Assembly (NCBI GenBank): GCA_028023455.1
Contig: JAQFVV010000004.1
Location: 18,786,001 to 18,850,000 of the forward strand
DNA: 64,000 nt
Reading direction: 5' to 3'
From: Epiperipatus broadwayi
Lineage: Eukaryota > Animalia > Onychophora
Made by a program: the position numbers and the translations under genes. The notes beneath the pieces were generated by a model. It had not been told where the DNA came from and ran no database searches. It saw only the letters and a program-made list of their open reading frames with translations. Below are positions 14,426 through 28,700 of this stretch, piece after piece. Each line of letters begins with the position of its first letter. Positions within the stretch are counted from its first letter, which is position 1.

Positions 14426-14669
14426 TAAATCTAACAATGTTTCATATGCTTTGACAGTTATAGACTAAAGTTTTTAATAACTTTCCTTTAATAAACTGAA
14501 AAATTGGATGTGATTTGTCAATTGTTGGAAAAAGCATCAAAGAATATATTATTTTTCTATATTGTTATGATTGGATATTGAAATCTTAGTTATTTAATAG
14601 GATGATTTTATTTTAAGCCATCAAACATCATATGATCACCATTATTTATGATTACACATGCTGTTTTTC

Positions 14670-15127
14670 AGAGACAAAGCTCTCCATATAGTAGCGCCCC
14701 TCAGTGCAAGCCAGAGTAATCAATGGATGCAGGAAGATTTGTATATAAAATCCCTATGTAGTGCCTATTCATCCAATATCCCCAGATTAATTTCTAGCTT
14801 GTGGCTTTCATCAGTGGGAAGCCTTGTATCTGAGAGCACTGCACCTATATCTTAGGATCTAATGCAAACCTCCAGCAGCCACACCTTTTACTTTTTTCGG
14901 TTCACTGTAAAGCTTTGATTCCAAAATGAAAACAAGGTTTTCAAGCTAAACTCATTAGCTTGTATAATCATTTAGATCTCAACTCAGTTCAGCATTCATA
15001 CATTTTGGTAACTGGGGATATTGGATGAGTAGGCACTAGATAGGGATTTTATGCACAAACCTCCCTGCATTCATTGATTACTGTGGCTTGCACTGAGGGC
15101 CACTACTGTATGGAGTGTCTTGCCTCT
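14670..15127. mobile_element. MITE with ~115-bp TIRs, inserted in duplicate copy B
   Basis: 14670-14785 is the imperfect reverse complement of 15012-15127 (ccctcagtgcaagcc / ggcttgcactgaggg; atccaatatccccag / ctggggatattggat); absent from the paralogous site near 5450. Confidence 0.8.
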
Positions 15128-17270
15128 ATGATTTTACTTTGCAATATATTAAGTTGATTGATTTCATATTATTATTAAGTATTTAATCTTATAATTATTA
15201 TGACTTAGTTAATACAAATATGTTGATAGTGGAATAGCAAGGTTGAATTAACAGTGCTTTTATTTTATTTAGTGGTAATTAGAAATTAATTATTGAGTTA
15301 TTTATTTTGTTAGATATCATTGATATTGTAAACTTGTGGTGCATATTAAGATCATTATTTCATCAGTCTATGAATCATTTCGTTTAAATATAAACAGAAA
15401 AAATGTTTGATTTTTGGTACAAGTTTGTATTATTATAAACAGTGTGTTGATTCATAAGAAATATTAAAGTTTATCTAATTCTTTGTCATTATTTTCATTC
15501 TATTATGAGGGATCTACTATTATTTATAAGATAGTGATATTTAGTTTTACTGCTTTATTTTTGATCTATTTGCAAATAATGCTTATATTTTAGAGTAGTT
15601 TGAAGTAATGTTGTTTTCTATCTATCTGTTCTAAATACTACTGGAATTTATGAAGTTATAACAAAAATTATTATCGTTTTATTAGCTTAAGTATTAGATT
15701 GTTATACTGTATATAGATTGATACTCATTTTGGTTTAGTTTATTATTTTCATTCTGTTACAAATGATGCTATACTTAGGATTGTTCTTCCTTAGTTTATT
15801 ATTTTTATTCTGTTACAAATGGTGATCAATAATTAGGCTACGACTCAGGGTATAGTATAGTAGGGCTCACATATTTAATCTGTTACAAATGGCTCCCAAA
15901 TCTGTGAGACATTAAAAGAAGATTATACCCTCATATTTATTGTTACAAATGGTGACCAATGACCGAGCTATATTTTATGCAGGCTATATTAAAGTTATTA
16001 TTTTCCATTGAACATTTTCGATCTGTTACAATATGTAGATACATATTTTAAACAAGTATATAGAATATGATACATATCTATGATGCAATTTGATTTAAAA
16101 TTACTTTTAAAAAAAAAGAATTATCCTTCTTCATTCCTCTTGTAACAAAATTTGCTTATACTGATCAAATGCAAACTGCCTAAATAATATTTAATTCATA
16201 AGTGGCTGCTACTACAAAAAACTATACCCATTTTCTGTGTGTGTGTGATGTTTACCATATAAATAAATAAATTAAAATTTAGGAAACCAACATTTTGTTT
16301 TTTATTAATTTTTAATTTAATTTCTTGGTTAATGTTTTTTTTTCCCAGTTTATTGACTCAGCAGATTTTGAGACTGCTGATATCAGTCATATGTCAATGA
16401 AAAAAAAAGCTATTCATCAGGCTAGTCAACTTCCAGATGGTATTAAAAAAAAAAACCCCAGTATTGACTATATTTATCAGCTTCTAGGGGGACAGTTTTT
16501 TGTTTCCTTCTTGCTTTACTACTCAGCCAATAATAACTAGATACATACTCATCAATTAATTATTGAACAGTAAGTTGAATTATCTATCTCAAAAAAAAAA
16601 TAGTTATGTCCTTATCTGTAGATTTTTAACTATATAATCTAAGATTCACTTGAGTCTGAATACTAGTTAGCATGGTGGTTGAGTAATAAACCATTATGCC
16701 ATAAGATCTTTTCCTGATGAGACCATTATCTTCCACAAATCAAATTGTACTGATCATTAAAGTTTACATTATTCAATCAATTTCTTTTATATTTAAATTT
16801 ATGCTTATATTGGCTTTTAACTTCTTTAAATCATTTAATTAATTAACCGTGTGGGTTTTCCTCTTCATAATTTTTCTTTTAAATATTTCCCATTTGCTAC
16901 TAAAATTTACTGTGAAACAATTTATATTTGATTTTATATTCCAAACATTTGTCAGTGAATTACTTTCTCCCCCACCCCAACAAAAAATAACTATAGTTAA
17001 GATGCTTCAAAGGGTGTGTGACTTAGAGCTAAGAATTGATCAAATAATCTTTAACTCATAAATCCATCAGATCAATAATTGTCCATAAATGATTAAGAAT
17101 ATTTTTTGATACAGAAAGCAGAAAAAATTTTTTTATATATAAAATTGTTTATTATCTTTTTCTTTGCACTGTATATAATTTGTGTGGATTATTGTATTTG
17201 ATTTTTAAAATTTAATATAATCTTTTTTTTTTTCTTCCACTGAATATTTACTATGAAATTTAGTATAAGA

Positions 17271-17485
17271 CTGCTAATAATGAAAATATCCACAGAAAGA
17301 GTTTGTTTTTTTTTAATATTCTGCTTTATTACTGCAGAGCATGCTTGGATATAACATGTATATCATATTGATGGCTTACTATAAGCCAATAATGATATAT
17401 ATGTTTTATTGAAAACATGCTAGACAATAATAAAGCTGAATATTTTTTTAAAAAACTACTTTTTCTGTGGATGTTTTCATTAACA
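17271..17485. repeat. ~215-bp imperfect palindrome with a 3-nt loop
   Basis: taatgaaaatatccacagaaa...GGCTTA-cta-TAAGCC...tttctgtggatgttttcatta; centre at ~17379-17381. Confidence 0.82.
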
Positions 17486-19949
17486 GGTGCTCAGAAAAGA
17501 TGGAAACTATTTATAGTTGAATTATAAAATGTAGAATAACTTCTTAATTCATATTTTTATCAAATCTGGTTTTATTATTACCAAATATAAATGCATAATA
17601 AATTTTTTTATTATTTTTCCTGTTTCAAATCATTTTCATATGATCATTATGTAAAGATAAACTAAAATATAAAAAGTCATAAAATATTTATGTACTAGAT
17701 TAAATCCAGTTATAAGAATGAAAGATTTGAAAAGGAAAACTAGATTAAAATATATATTTATTATAAAAGCTAACTAAAATTTGAAAAATAATTGGATTGT
17801 GAATGCTTAGAATTTCAATTCTAAGTTTGTAAGCACATACTGTTTTAAATAAAATTTATTTAATTATAACTTGGCTTTCCATATATAATTTGATGCATTT
17901 TTGATAAGCAAATGATCAAATTGCATTTTTTTTTTAAAAAAAAATGCTTTATTGCAAACTTGTATTTCAGATTTTTCATCACAATTCTGAATTAATTCCT
18001 CCTGGTATCAAGATATTCTAAATTAAAATATTTGCAAAACAACGCATTTTTGATTTCCTGAAAGCGAAAAATCAATCTTGAAATTTCTTATACGAACATA
18101 AACAGCAGCCATTGTTAAATGTAATTTTTAAAGATATTTCATTATTATGAATATATATACATTCTGTACCAGTACATCTAATCCTCCATGATCCAATATT
18201 TAGATACTTTTCTGCAAATGAATAATATATAATAGAGCACCTAAAATAATTGCAAAATAATATTTATGGATAAAATTATATGCATTTGCAGATCTCAGCT
18301 TCTGCGTTATGGAAAAATTGTGCTCAATGCAAAATCTATTCTTTCACATAGAAATTCACATTTTCAAATTGGTCCCCCCCCCCAAATAAATTGGGTTTGC
18401 TCCTCCGCCTTTTATAAAATCCCCCCCCCCCATTTTTTTTTTTTTGGGGGGGGATATACACACATACATAGGATTTTTTAAAAAAAAAACAATCTCCTTA
18501 ACAATACTACGCTGAATTAACACGCATATCAGTAAGATATTAATAATATGTAAGATATCTTTGTCCCATCTCAGCACTTCATCCCTTCACACACACACAC
18601 CCTCACCACAATCACCTAAAAAAAAAAAACCGAAGTAATTTTTTTTTTTAATTTAGCTCATATTAGTAAGAAACCAAAAATTCATTTGCCAAATTAATAT
18701 CTTTTTACATTGAGAATTTTATCAGCTCTTACCCCTCCACCTTTCCTCATCCCCATGAAAAATGAGTTTTAGTTCAATTTTCGCCGCAATATATAATTTC
18801 TTTATCACCTTTTAAGAATGAAATAGATAGTTCCAAGAATAAGCTTAACATGTATTCCTTTAAGATTCAAGATCTAAAATGGAAACTCGCTATACTGAAT
18901 ATGGAATACTTTTAAATGACAATTATTTTCAAATTCACAAATGAAAGCAGAAAAAAAATCCAAAAAAAATCTATTGAGTAATTAGAGCTGTACAAAAAAT
19001 AACGTCATCGCGAAATAAAATTAATCTACACTTTTGCTTTAAATTAAAATGAAACATAGCGTCTACATAATTATTCTCTTTTTTTCACATCTAAATACAT
19101 TAAATATAAATTTCATTAGCACATTCATGTACAATACAAATATTTAAAAAAAAAAATGAAAGAAAAATTATTATAAGTCATCAAACACCGGCAACTCTAA
19201 AGAAAAAAATTTAACATCTACAAAACATTGAATGTAAAATATATAAAAATATAACCAATAATTTTTGCAAACACAATACTCATTATTTTATAGAACCTTT
19301 TTAAGACTAAAATAACATTTACAGTAAATGAAAAAATTATTTCTACAGCTACAAAACAATCTCCTCCCTCTTAATAAAATGGCTCTTATTTAACTATAGA
19401 ATAAATTAAACTAAAATAGAAAAAAAAAATGTTACTGTTATTTTACAAAAAATATATGTAATAAATTCCAACCAATGGAACAATATATATGAAACTATTT
19501 TGTACAATAGATTTTTTTATCATAATAAAAGAATAAGCTTTTCTTTTTATCATCTTGTGATTAGTAGTTGGGTGTGTCAATGTAAAACACTGAAATAACA
19601 GATTAGGTATAGCAATTTTAAGCAATTGATCAGATAGTTTTCCTTTCATTATTTTCATCCAGAAATTATTAGCTTTAAAATAAGTTTCTACAAACAAAAT
19701 ACTCGGAACATTTTTTTAAATATATGTAATATATAGTCATGGATAACAAAAATAGCATTTAATTAAGAGGTAAACATATTACAAATTATCACATATTACA
19801 GACTTCCAATTATTAGCTTATATAGGTGAAACATCTCTCTAAGGCTTGTATCAAATTAAGAGCAGATAATGTCACTTCTAAAATTGCAACCTTTTTCATT
19901 CACAATCCAGCTCAAATCTTGGCTACTCTCTAAATTTTTTTTTTAACAA

Positions 19950-20800
19950 TGCAAATACTTCAATAGTGTACTAATATTCATGAATTTTAACAAACAAGTA
20001 ACTTATCTCTAATATATATGTACATGTTTAATTCTTCAACATGACATAATAAATATCACATTTCAATGCAATGAAAATACAGTCATATGATTCAACATCA
20101 CTTATCCAGCAAAGTTAAAATCATACCACTGGAATTGGTTTTTAAGGTTTTTCCATTCTAATTTTAGAATCTTGTGATACACCATAAAATGTTTTATGTT
20201 ACATCCATAGAAAATCCATACTCCCATATGACAAATTTATAATAAATCCTATATGCAATTAATTTTAAATAGTTACATTATAATATAGCTTTTCTGCTAA
20301 TAGCAGAAGCAGTGCAATAGTCTATATGCTTTTGACAACTAAATCAGCCTTTCTATCTATAAAACTACCAAGACATTTAAATAGATTCATATTTTCAAAC
20401 CAATAATCATCCAAGTTAAAAATGTAACATTTTTCTTCATATGAGTGATAAAGCAACTAAGTTTTTTGAATATTAATTGCAAAACCAAAGTATATTGCGC
20501 CAAAATTGAGATTCTAAAACAAAATGCATTAAAAAGGGTAATGGCAAATTAACATCAGTCCCATCGTCAAATGTTATTGCTATGGCATAGTATTCATTTG
20601 TCTAGTTAGGCTACTTGATATTCAAAACATTAATATTTCATTTGGCAAGAATTGCACGACAATGGGATATTGTAAAAAAAAAAAAAAATTGTTTTTAATG
20701 ATTAAAGTTAAAAACTATCACATCTTCATTGCTGCTTCATTGAGTGCAAACTGTTCCAAAAGACAAAAATGAAAAACCTAGTATACAATCATAGTTTCAT
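19950..20800 (-). mobile_element. Possible old LINE RT C-terminal remnant
   Basis: NLFKCLGSFIDRK (~20350-20390) resembles FKYLGS of the RT thumb; TFDD near 20545; very decayed. Confidence 0.33.
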
Positions 20801-22097
20801 TTCAAATGCTATAGATTTTCCACCAGCAGTAACATTTTGTTGTATTATAAGATGTGAATAAAATTAAAAAAACACAATTGGCTAATTTCACACATTGCCA
20901 TAAACTTTTTCAAATTAAATTTGAGTTAAATGCTCTGAACAAATCACATATATAAATGATGCATCATGCACAGTATATATAGCACCTTTTGATTCATTGA
21001 AGCCATGAGGTTCTGTTAATTGTTCATGATGATTGGAAGCAATCTATTCAGTTCAATAAAATCTTTGAAAAAACTTTTGTTATGATCAAAAATAATGATA
21101 TTCCATAATAATTATTGCAGAATTTGTTTATCCCTTTTATTTTTTTGGAATAATAGCAGCATCCTTAAAATCAGATACACCTTTACCCGCTTAACACAGG
21201 CAATCGGTCTCCCAAAACTCATCGCTAAACAAGAATATTGGTTTCCTATGGGGAAAAAATTGGCTGGTTCCTCCAGCTAAAAATTATATTATAAGCTGTT
21301 AACAAACAACTTAATCTAGTATATTAGTAGTTTAAAAAACCATTAATGTACATTTGCTTATGTAAATTGTGATATGTATATTATGCTAGTACGCACTTAA
21401 AATACGTATGTATGTATTATGTATGTATGATAATGCAGCTTAAGTCTATGTAAAAATCATAATTATCTAATTTTCAGAATCATGAATTGCTTATTCCAAG
21501 ATCCAATGTTGTCTTCTAAATTCTTTGATATTACTTTTGTTTTATTTTGGTTTTTTTGATGGAGTGCACCAGATGATGACTGAGTATCTCAAAAGAAAAG
21601 GTTTTGAATGCTGCTTGATGTGCTTCTTGGACTTTTTTTTTAAATATGGGATGACATGATTTCATGATTTTGAAAAATTTTGATACACCTATAATGATTT
21701 GAGCACTTTTGTTTTATTTTATCTTAGATTTTAAAAATAGCAGTGACGGTAAATGTGCATAAACCATAGAACAGATATCTCAATTTCCTTCTTTTTCCAG
21801 TTGACTTAAGATATCTATTTCTGTTTCCCAGCTCAAGAGAATTTCTTGATTTTTTTCATGCTCATATTAGTTGCAACCATGATTCTAATTGAAAATGTAA
21901 TCAAAATTGCTTTTAAAAAAAAATTTTTTGTTTTGTTTTTTGACTATCTAAAAGTACAGCAAAATGGATGAGAAAGTGAAAGCAGCTAACAATTTTTTGT
22001 AATCTTCCAGACAACTATTTCTTGCTACACTCAAAAAAAATCCATATTGAAGTTGTTTTTTTTAATTTGTACTACTATATTATATTACTTATATGCT

Positions 22098-22796
22098 TTA
22101 GAGCTGCAGGAATTACCAGATGAAAGTAGAAAAAGCAGGACTAAAGATAAATGTTAAAAAGACTAAAGTAATATTTAATGAATTTTCTCAAAATATGAAA
22201 ATAAAGAATGATTATGATGAGTTAGAAAAAGTTAATAGCTACAAATACCTTGGTCAGATTATTCATACAGATGGAAACATAATGGATGAAATTAATCATA
22301 GAATTAAACTTGGATAGAGTGCTTTTGGTAGAGATAACTTGATACTAAAAGAAAATATGCCTATGTGTTTAAAAGGAAGGTTTTTCATAAATGTGTTTTA
22401 CCAGTTCTCATTTATGGATCTGAGACTTGGACACTTAGTAGAAGAGCAGTACAGAGGACTTCAGACCACTCAAAGAAGTATGGAGAGATGCATGTCGGGA
22501 GTAACAAGAAATCGAAAATGTAATATGTGGGTAAGAGAACAAACAGATCCTCATTGAAAAAATTAAAAGACTGAAGTGGAGTTGGGCAGAACACATTGCT
22601 AGAAGAGATGATAATAGATTGACAATTGAAATCTTAAACTGGATTCCAAGAGATTGTAAAAGACCACATGTGAGATGAATGGATCCAATAAGAAAGTATG
22701 CAGGGGTGATGTGGAGAAGAGAAGCTAAAGATCGTAGGTGGATTGAACTTGGAAAAACCTTCATTCTGCAGTGGATTGATATTGGTTGATGATGAT
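22098..22796 (+). mobile_element. 5'-truncated copy of the same RTE family
   Basis: Aligns by eye to the 3' part of 61590-62310 (KAGLKINVKKTKV, YKYLGQII, WAEHIARR); ends in tgatgatgat; several stops/frameshifts. Confidence 0.88.
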
Positions 22797-25700
22797 AAAA
22801 TCATTTAAAATTTTTAAAAAATGTTTAATAACTTATTTAATTGATCATAAAGACTTGTTATTTATCATTAATGTAAAAGTAGTAAAAGCATACTGCACAT
22901 TGTCAAAATTATTTTTAAAAAATATCTTTTTATGTAAAAAGAAAGAGGGGGGGGTGTATCTAATGCATACTATGTTTGCAATATTGTAATCAATATTTAA
23001 GGCTTTTTTTTTTTTACAATATATACTATGCAGATCTAAATAAAGATCACTTTCTACAATATATAAATACATATACTAGCTGTGAAACTTTTTTTTTTGT
23101 CATGTAATGTCACATTTTATTAAGTGTGGTAGACATGTTTAAATCTTAGTGAATAGAAATGATTGTTCTATTAATTGAATCTAAAGCAAATGAGCCCTGG
23201 GCACTTTGTAATGTAAAGATCAGATAGGAGATAAAAATTAAAAATTGTGTTTCCCGCTCTGCACTGACCAGAAAGGAAAACATCGAGACACTAAGAGAAA
23301 AAAAACATCATGAGCGATCGGAGAGTTCCTGATAAGAGAAGTCAGATATTATAAAAGATGAAAATATCAAATTATTAACACCTTTTTACTCAATTAGAAA
23401 ATGTAATCACTGTTGACTCTTGAACTGCATTGCAGACACTGAAATATATGGGTCTTGTAATGAATTAATTTTCCAGTTATGCACCAGCTGAGACAGCCTC
23501 CAAATTCATGATTACTGAAAGTAACAAACAACGGACCAATCTTCCCAAAAATGATACAAATATTAAATGGACTTCGGTTGTATGGGTGCGGCACATCATG
23601 AACAAGACAGAATTCAAAGCTACCATGGAAAGTATGAACTTTTATCTAAATTGAAATAGGAACTGTAAAAAAATTTAAAATAATTAAGAACTTTCAATTA
23701 CGTAAACTTCGTAAAAAATATAACTAAGTGAACTCTTATCTGACCAACAATAGTCAGTTAATAATCTTTTTATTTATGTATTAAGTTTGCTAATCAATCA
23801 TTTCCATTTTTCACTTTTCTGTTATAATTTATTTTATGGTTTTGTGTTTAATTTAATAACCAAATTATCAAATTTATTTTAAACTAATAATTTAAAAATA
23901 GGCATAAATAGCTGCATAGATTCATACAATTATGTTAGCTTAAGTGGGTTAATTTCAGACTATTTGTCTCGTAGTTGAATCGGGGCTGGTGGATGGATAT
24001 ACGGGTGTTTTATGTCAATGTGATGTGAGGAAGTGCATTGGATTCTCATTCCCTTGTACCAAGTTAGCATCAGGGCACTACCCTATTGAATGCATGGCCA
24101 AAAGTGTAGCCATCACGTTGTCAATGGATGTAGATATATTTCCTACGCCATTGATCTCCTTATGCTCTGGGTGGTGATAGTAAGATGGCCAAGACCCCAA
24201 TCCCCCATTATAGAGCATGCCTAATATGTATATTTTCCAAATGATTACCTCACCAGACAGATGCACATTCCTGTGCTGGACAAGGGCCATTATTTTTTTC
24301 AATGATATCATGCTACAGATGCACATTCCTGTTGACATGGTTTTTTTGTATGCTAACATCCTCATTTTGCATTGATCACATCAGTATATTAATAAGCTGC
24401 TGTTTGATTTGGACGTGAACTTGTAGCCTGGAGTTAAAAGAAAGAATCAAGTATATAAATGCATAATCTATGTAGCATATTTGCGTTTATCAAATTATTA
24501 AATTGTATAAAATATCCATCTGGGCGAACGTACCCAGATATTAAGTTTAAAATAATATAATAAAAACAAAACTAAAGCAATATTAAATATTTATTCCTCA
24601 AATTTATATATGTGCTTAAATAAATGTTTTTTGTGATTATTACTGGCAGTGGTTTATTTTATTATCTTTTTTCTTTATTAAAAATATGTTTAAGAATTTA
24701 TATCATTAAATCTCAGCTACTCCATGAGCTTAGTGACTGAGGCATATCTGTCGAATAAAAATGGAATCTTACAAAGAAGTTTTTGCCTACTATAGAAATT
24801 TTCCAGGTTCAAATGGCTTGGCGCCCTGTACGGCAGCTAGTGCAAGAATCTTTACTTCCTCGATAGTTATAATATATAGCACAGAAAACATTGAGGAATT
24901 GATGGTAATTGCTAGGATAACATTGTCTATTACAATTTTAATCATGTTTTTGTCCGTTTTCTTGTGTTTAGTATTTTCTCATCTGAGATATTGATTTTAT
25001 TTCAGATAGTGATAACTAACTCATTATAAACTTTTTGACTTAAATGTTACTTTAAATAGACTATTTTCCATTTGTCCTATTAATAAAATCAGAATTTGAC
25101 TGATAGCAAATTTTACAAATGACATCATCTGTATCACTTTGATAATTGCAAACATCCCCACGATTAATGCAGTTAGATAACTAAAGTAATTGTACTTTTT
25201 GATGACGATGGCATTTCAGTTTCAACTAATCTGAAGAGTGATTCATATTTAAAGTCATTTTTCTTATTTTTAGATTGACTTGATGAAGATTAGATTGACT
25301 TGCTGAACATTTCAACATTTGTATGGTCTAAAATATAACAATTATATGTTGGATAGTTGTTGTTTTTTTAAATTACAATAATAAAAAAAAACTCATAATT
25401 TAAGCTGCAGTCCCAGTTGTGTCAAACATCCTGTTACTGCAATGGCCAATGGAGGACCGTTACATATAAGCCAAAGTATAATAGTATTGAAATCTATTTT
25501 TAGTTGTTATGGGCATGACACAACACTATTAAACTGAAGTCCTAATAGCAATATCCCTACTCTCACTACATGTACAGATCAATTCTATTTATTAATCCTT
25601 TCTATCAAAATTATTCATCTGGATTCAACTTTGTGTTTAAATATAAAAACAAATGTATGAATACTTCAAATGTTGGACTGTCTGGACTGTGCAGAATGCT

Positions 25701-28700
25701 GTGCAATTACTCAGCTTAGAGAAAACATTGGTTACATCTACATGAAATGCGGAGCATTTAGTTAATAATAAAAAACATTAAATTATTGAGTATAGGCTAT
25801 GAACAAAAATAATGTTCCAGACAATAATATAATAATGTTGCATAAGAAAGTATTGACAAAATATTAGCAAAGGATCTACTGAAAAGACTGACTACAAGCC
25901 ATTTAGTCGTACAAGGCATGGTTTTAAAAAACCCAGAAATCTGTAAGATTAAAAATGAAGCATCTCACAACTTCTTTTACACTTAGCACAACTGCTACCA
26001 TCATTAATTTATTATTTTTTAATTCATAGTGCAAATGCTATCAGTGCAATCATAAAATACAAATCGCTGCTATTGTTTAGAAAAGTAAAGCTACTTTAAT
26101 TTACAAATTTAACATTACTTAGTCATTGTAGCTTTTGCATTTCATCAAGAATGAAGAGAGCAGTAGGATTTATTTGCTCGTTTATTTGAGCCAACACATT
26201 CATTTATGTAAACATACAGATTTAAAAATAATCCATGTGTATACTCTTGTGAATGATCTCTTAATTTATTATAACTATTTTTAGAATAAAATTATATTCT
26301 AGGTATATATATATATTGAAATTATTTGTACTACATTTTATGTTTAAAATATATATTAAATACAGTTTGCTATTATCCATGTATTTCATTACATATGCAA
26401 AGACTCAAAACTGAATAATGCAGATATGAAAAACTAATATGGTTTTCTATACATATGTCTACATATAGCATTTCTATGTATATATTTTGTGATCGGATGT
26501 GTGATTGCAAGTATTGGCATACATACACAGAACATTTAGAAATATACAGATGAGTATCTGACAATACATAAATGAGTGTGTGAATAGCAATATATTTATT
26601 TTTATGTAAGCATTTTTTCATTTTTATGTAAATGTGCATAAACAGTGACAATTTATATTGAAAACATGATGTTTAAAGTATATATATGTTAGCATGTGCA
26701 ATATATTCATGTGTCTGTATACATAAGGATTTGTGTAAATAAATGTTTTGTTTTGATTTCTTTTAGTTGTACTTATAGGCATATTAGTAGGCATATAATT
26801 GATTTTTTTTTTAAACTTATACATGCAAACAGGTATGTGTGCGTGCATTATTTTGTGATGGACAGCCATTTCATATAAATACATTGGATATGATTTTTTT
26901 CGGGGGGGGGGGCGGAATGTGGAGGGTTATGTATGCATTTATATATATATATATGCAATTTTACATTTGTGATTTGTTATAAATGATAACTGATATATGC
27001 TTATAACACTTAACTTATTATACTGCTGCATACATTTTTTGTTTTTTACTTATTATTTTGATGGTACATGTTTATTATTTTATAATTGTTCCTTGGTATG
27101 TTTTTTTTTCTCTTTTTAAAATGTTTTAAATATGCTAACTTTGCTTGGTTGATAACAATTATATATATTCAGACAACTTGAGGATTCTATATTCTTTTAA
27201 AATTTTAAAAAGTATAAATTAATCTAGAAAGAATTCAAAGTATAGTTTTCATTTTTAGTTACAATATTCATTTGTATTAAATATAAGAATATTTTTTTCT
27301 TATACAGGAACACTTAACTAAGTAACAAAAATAAAAATGCTTATTATGGGAATAAAAAATTAATTTTTTGATCTAATTTCTGCATCAACTATATTAACAA
27401 TAACATTCTCTGGATAAGGAAATATTTAACAACAGTAATCTACTCACATCTCTACACTAGAGTGATCTACATAAGTCAAACAAATCATCAGAATAGATAG
27501 ATTCAATATCAGATGTTCTCATCTGTGAACTTTTTTTTTTACCATAGTCAATCATCCAATACTGAAATTAAATAGATATCTAGCTATTCTTAGCTAAAAG
27601 AGTAATCCAAGAACAAAAAAAGAATTCTTCAAATTACAATCCAATAACTCCAAACTAGGTTAATAATGTCTTCCTCATCAGTGTTCCTCTATAGGAACTA
27701 TCTATTGGAGAGATTTGGCCCTGGAATGAACCTTTAAATGCTGTTTTATCATTAAGAATTTTATATAAACAAAATTAAATAGTTTATAAATAAATATACA
27801 CTATATTAATGTTAATGATAAAAACAAAACATTTTTTTGTAAAATATGACCGCTTTAGATATGAATACAATTACAATCAGATCAACTGCAGTAAACCATG
27901 ATACAGAAATATAGATGAGGTGTGTTTAATATTAATAATTTGATATTATATTAAGTTTATGGACTTATTTGAAAAATTAAAAAATTTCTATTAAAAAAAT
28001 ATATATATTCTAGAGAGAAATTTTGGACTAAATTAGTCATAGTTAAATTGATATTAGCAGATATAAAAACTTACGATTTTCATGGGTTTCTCGAAAAAAT
28101 CTTGAAATTATTTCAGAATACAGTATAGTATATATTTTAAAATATCTAAATTCTAAAAAATAATGAAAAATTTTGAAAAGAAAAGAGATGGAACTGTTCT
28201 ACAACAAATGGATCTAGCAAAAAAGTTCAGGATTACTCTATTTATTACTGAAAATATTATACGGTGAAAATAGATTCAGATATGAAAACTGTTTCAAAAA
28301 GTATATGCTATACAGCATTCATACAGACTAATTATAATTTTACAAAAAATATGGAAATCAATTAGTTTGCATACATTTTATTATTTTTGTACTGTATCAT
28401 GACAATATACATTATTCATATCTAAACATCTTTCCATTTAATCCACCACGTAAATGACTACCTATGTTACTTCTAATAAAAAAATAAAATGTTTATCCAT
28501 TTTGATAATATTAAATGTCAGTTGATGCAAACCTTGATTCTTAAATTTTTTAACTTTTATAAGTATCCAATTTTCAAAAAGTTATATAAATGTTGTAAAA
28601 TTCTTTGAAATCAAATATCCTTTTAATTGGTCATAATGTCAAACACCAATTTAGATTTATTCTAGAATGTCACTAATTTTTTACATAATGTTCATACTCA

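Larger units (their letters stand above)
10295..16031 (-). pseudogene. Duplicated segment copy B (interrupted by Merlin and a MITE); probable decayed LGR-like gene
   Basis: Colinear with copy A once 12727-14433 and ~14611-15136 are removed. Remnants ITCQAP (12020-12037), SNLG..LGI (TM2-like), IFILGINY (11244-11267, TM5-like), RINFRLLFIFIIN (TM6-like), FHPIILSILPLYAF (TM7-like). Confidence 0.5.

Noticed and set aside
18372-18455. C and G homopolymer runs, including a C-run/T-run/G-run mini hairpin (others at 1860, 10240, 26900, 40677)
   Set aside because: Simple homopolymers scattered through the window; single runs, no defined element.
23989-24365. GC-richer ORFs on both strands, with a minus-strand acceptor-like site near 24428
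   Set aside because: All three frames after the acceptor stop within about 17 codons and no cadherin or TE motif is recognisable.
26370-26960. Overlapping ORFs rich in Y/I/H/M/C
   Set aside because: TA/CA low-complexity sequence; no motif or splice support.
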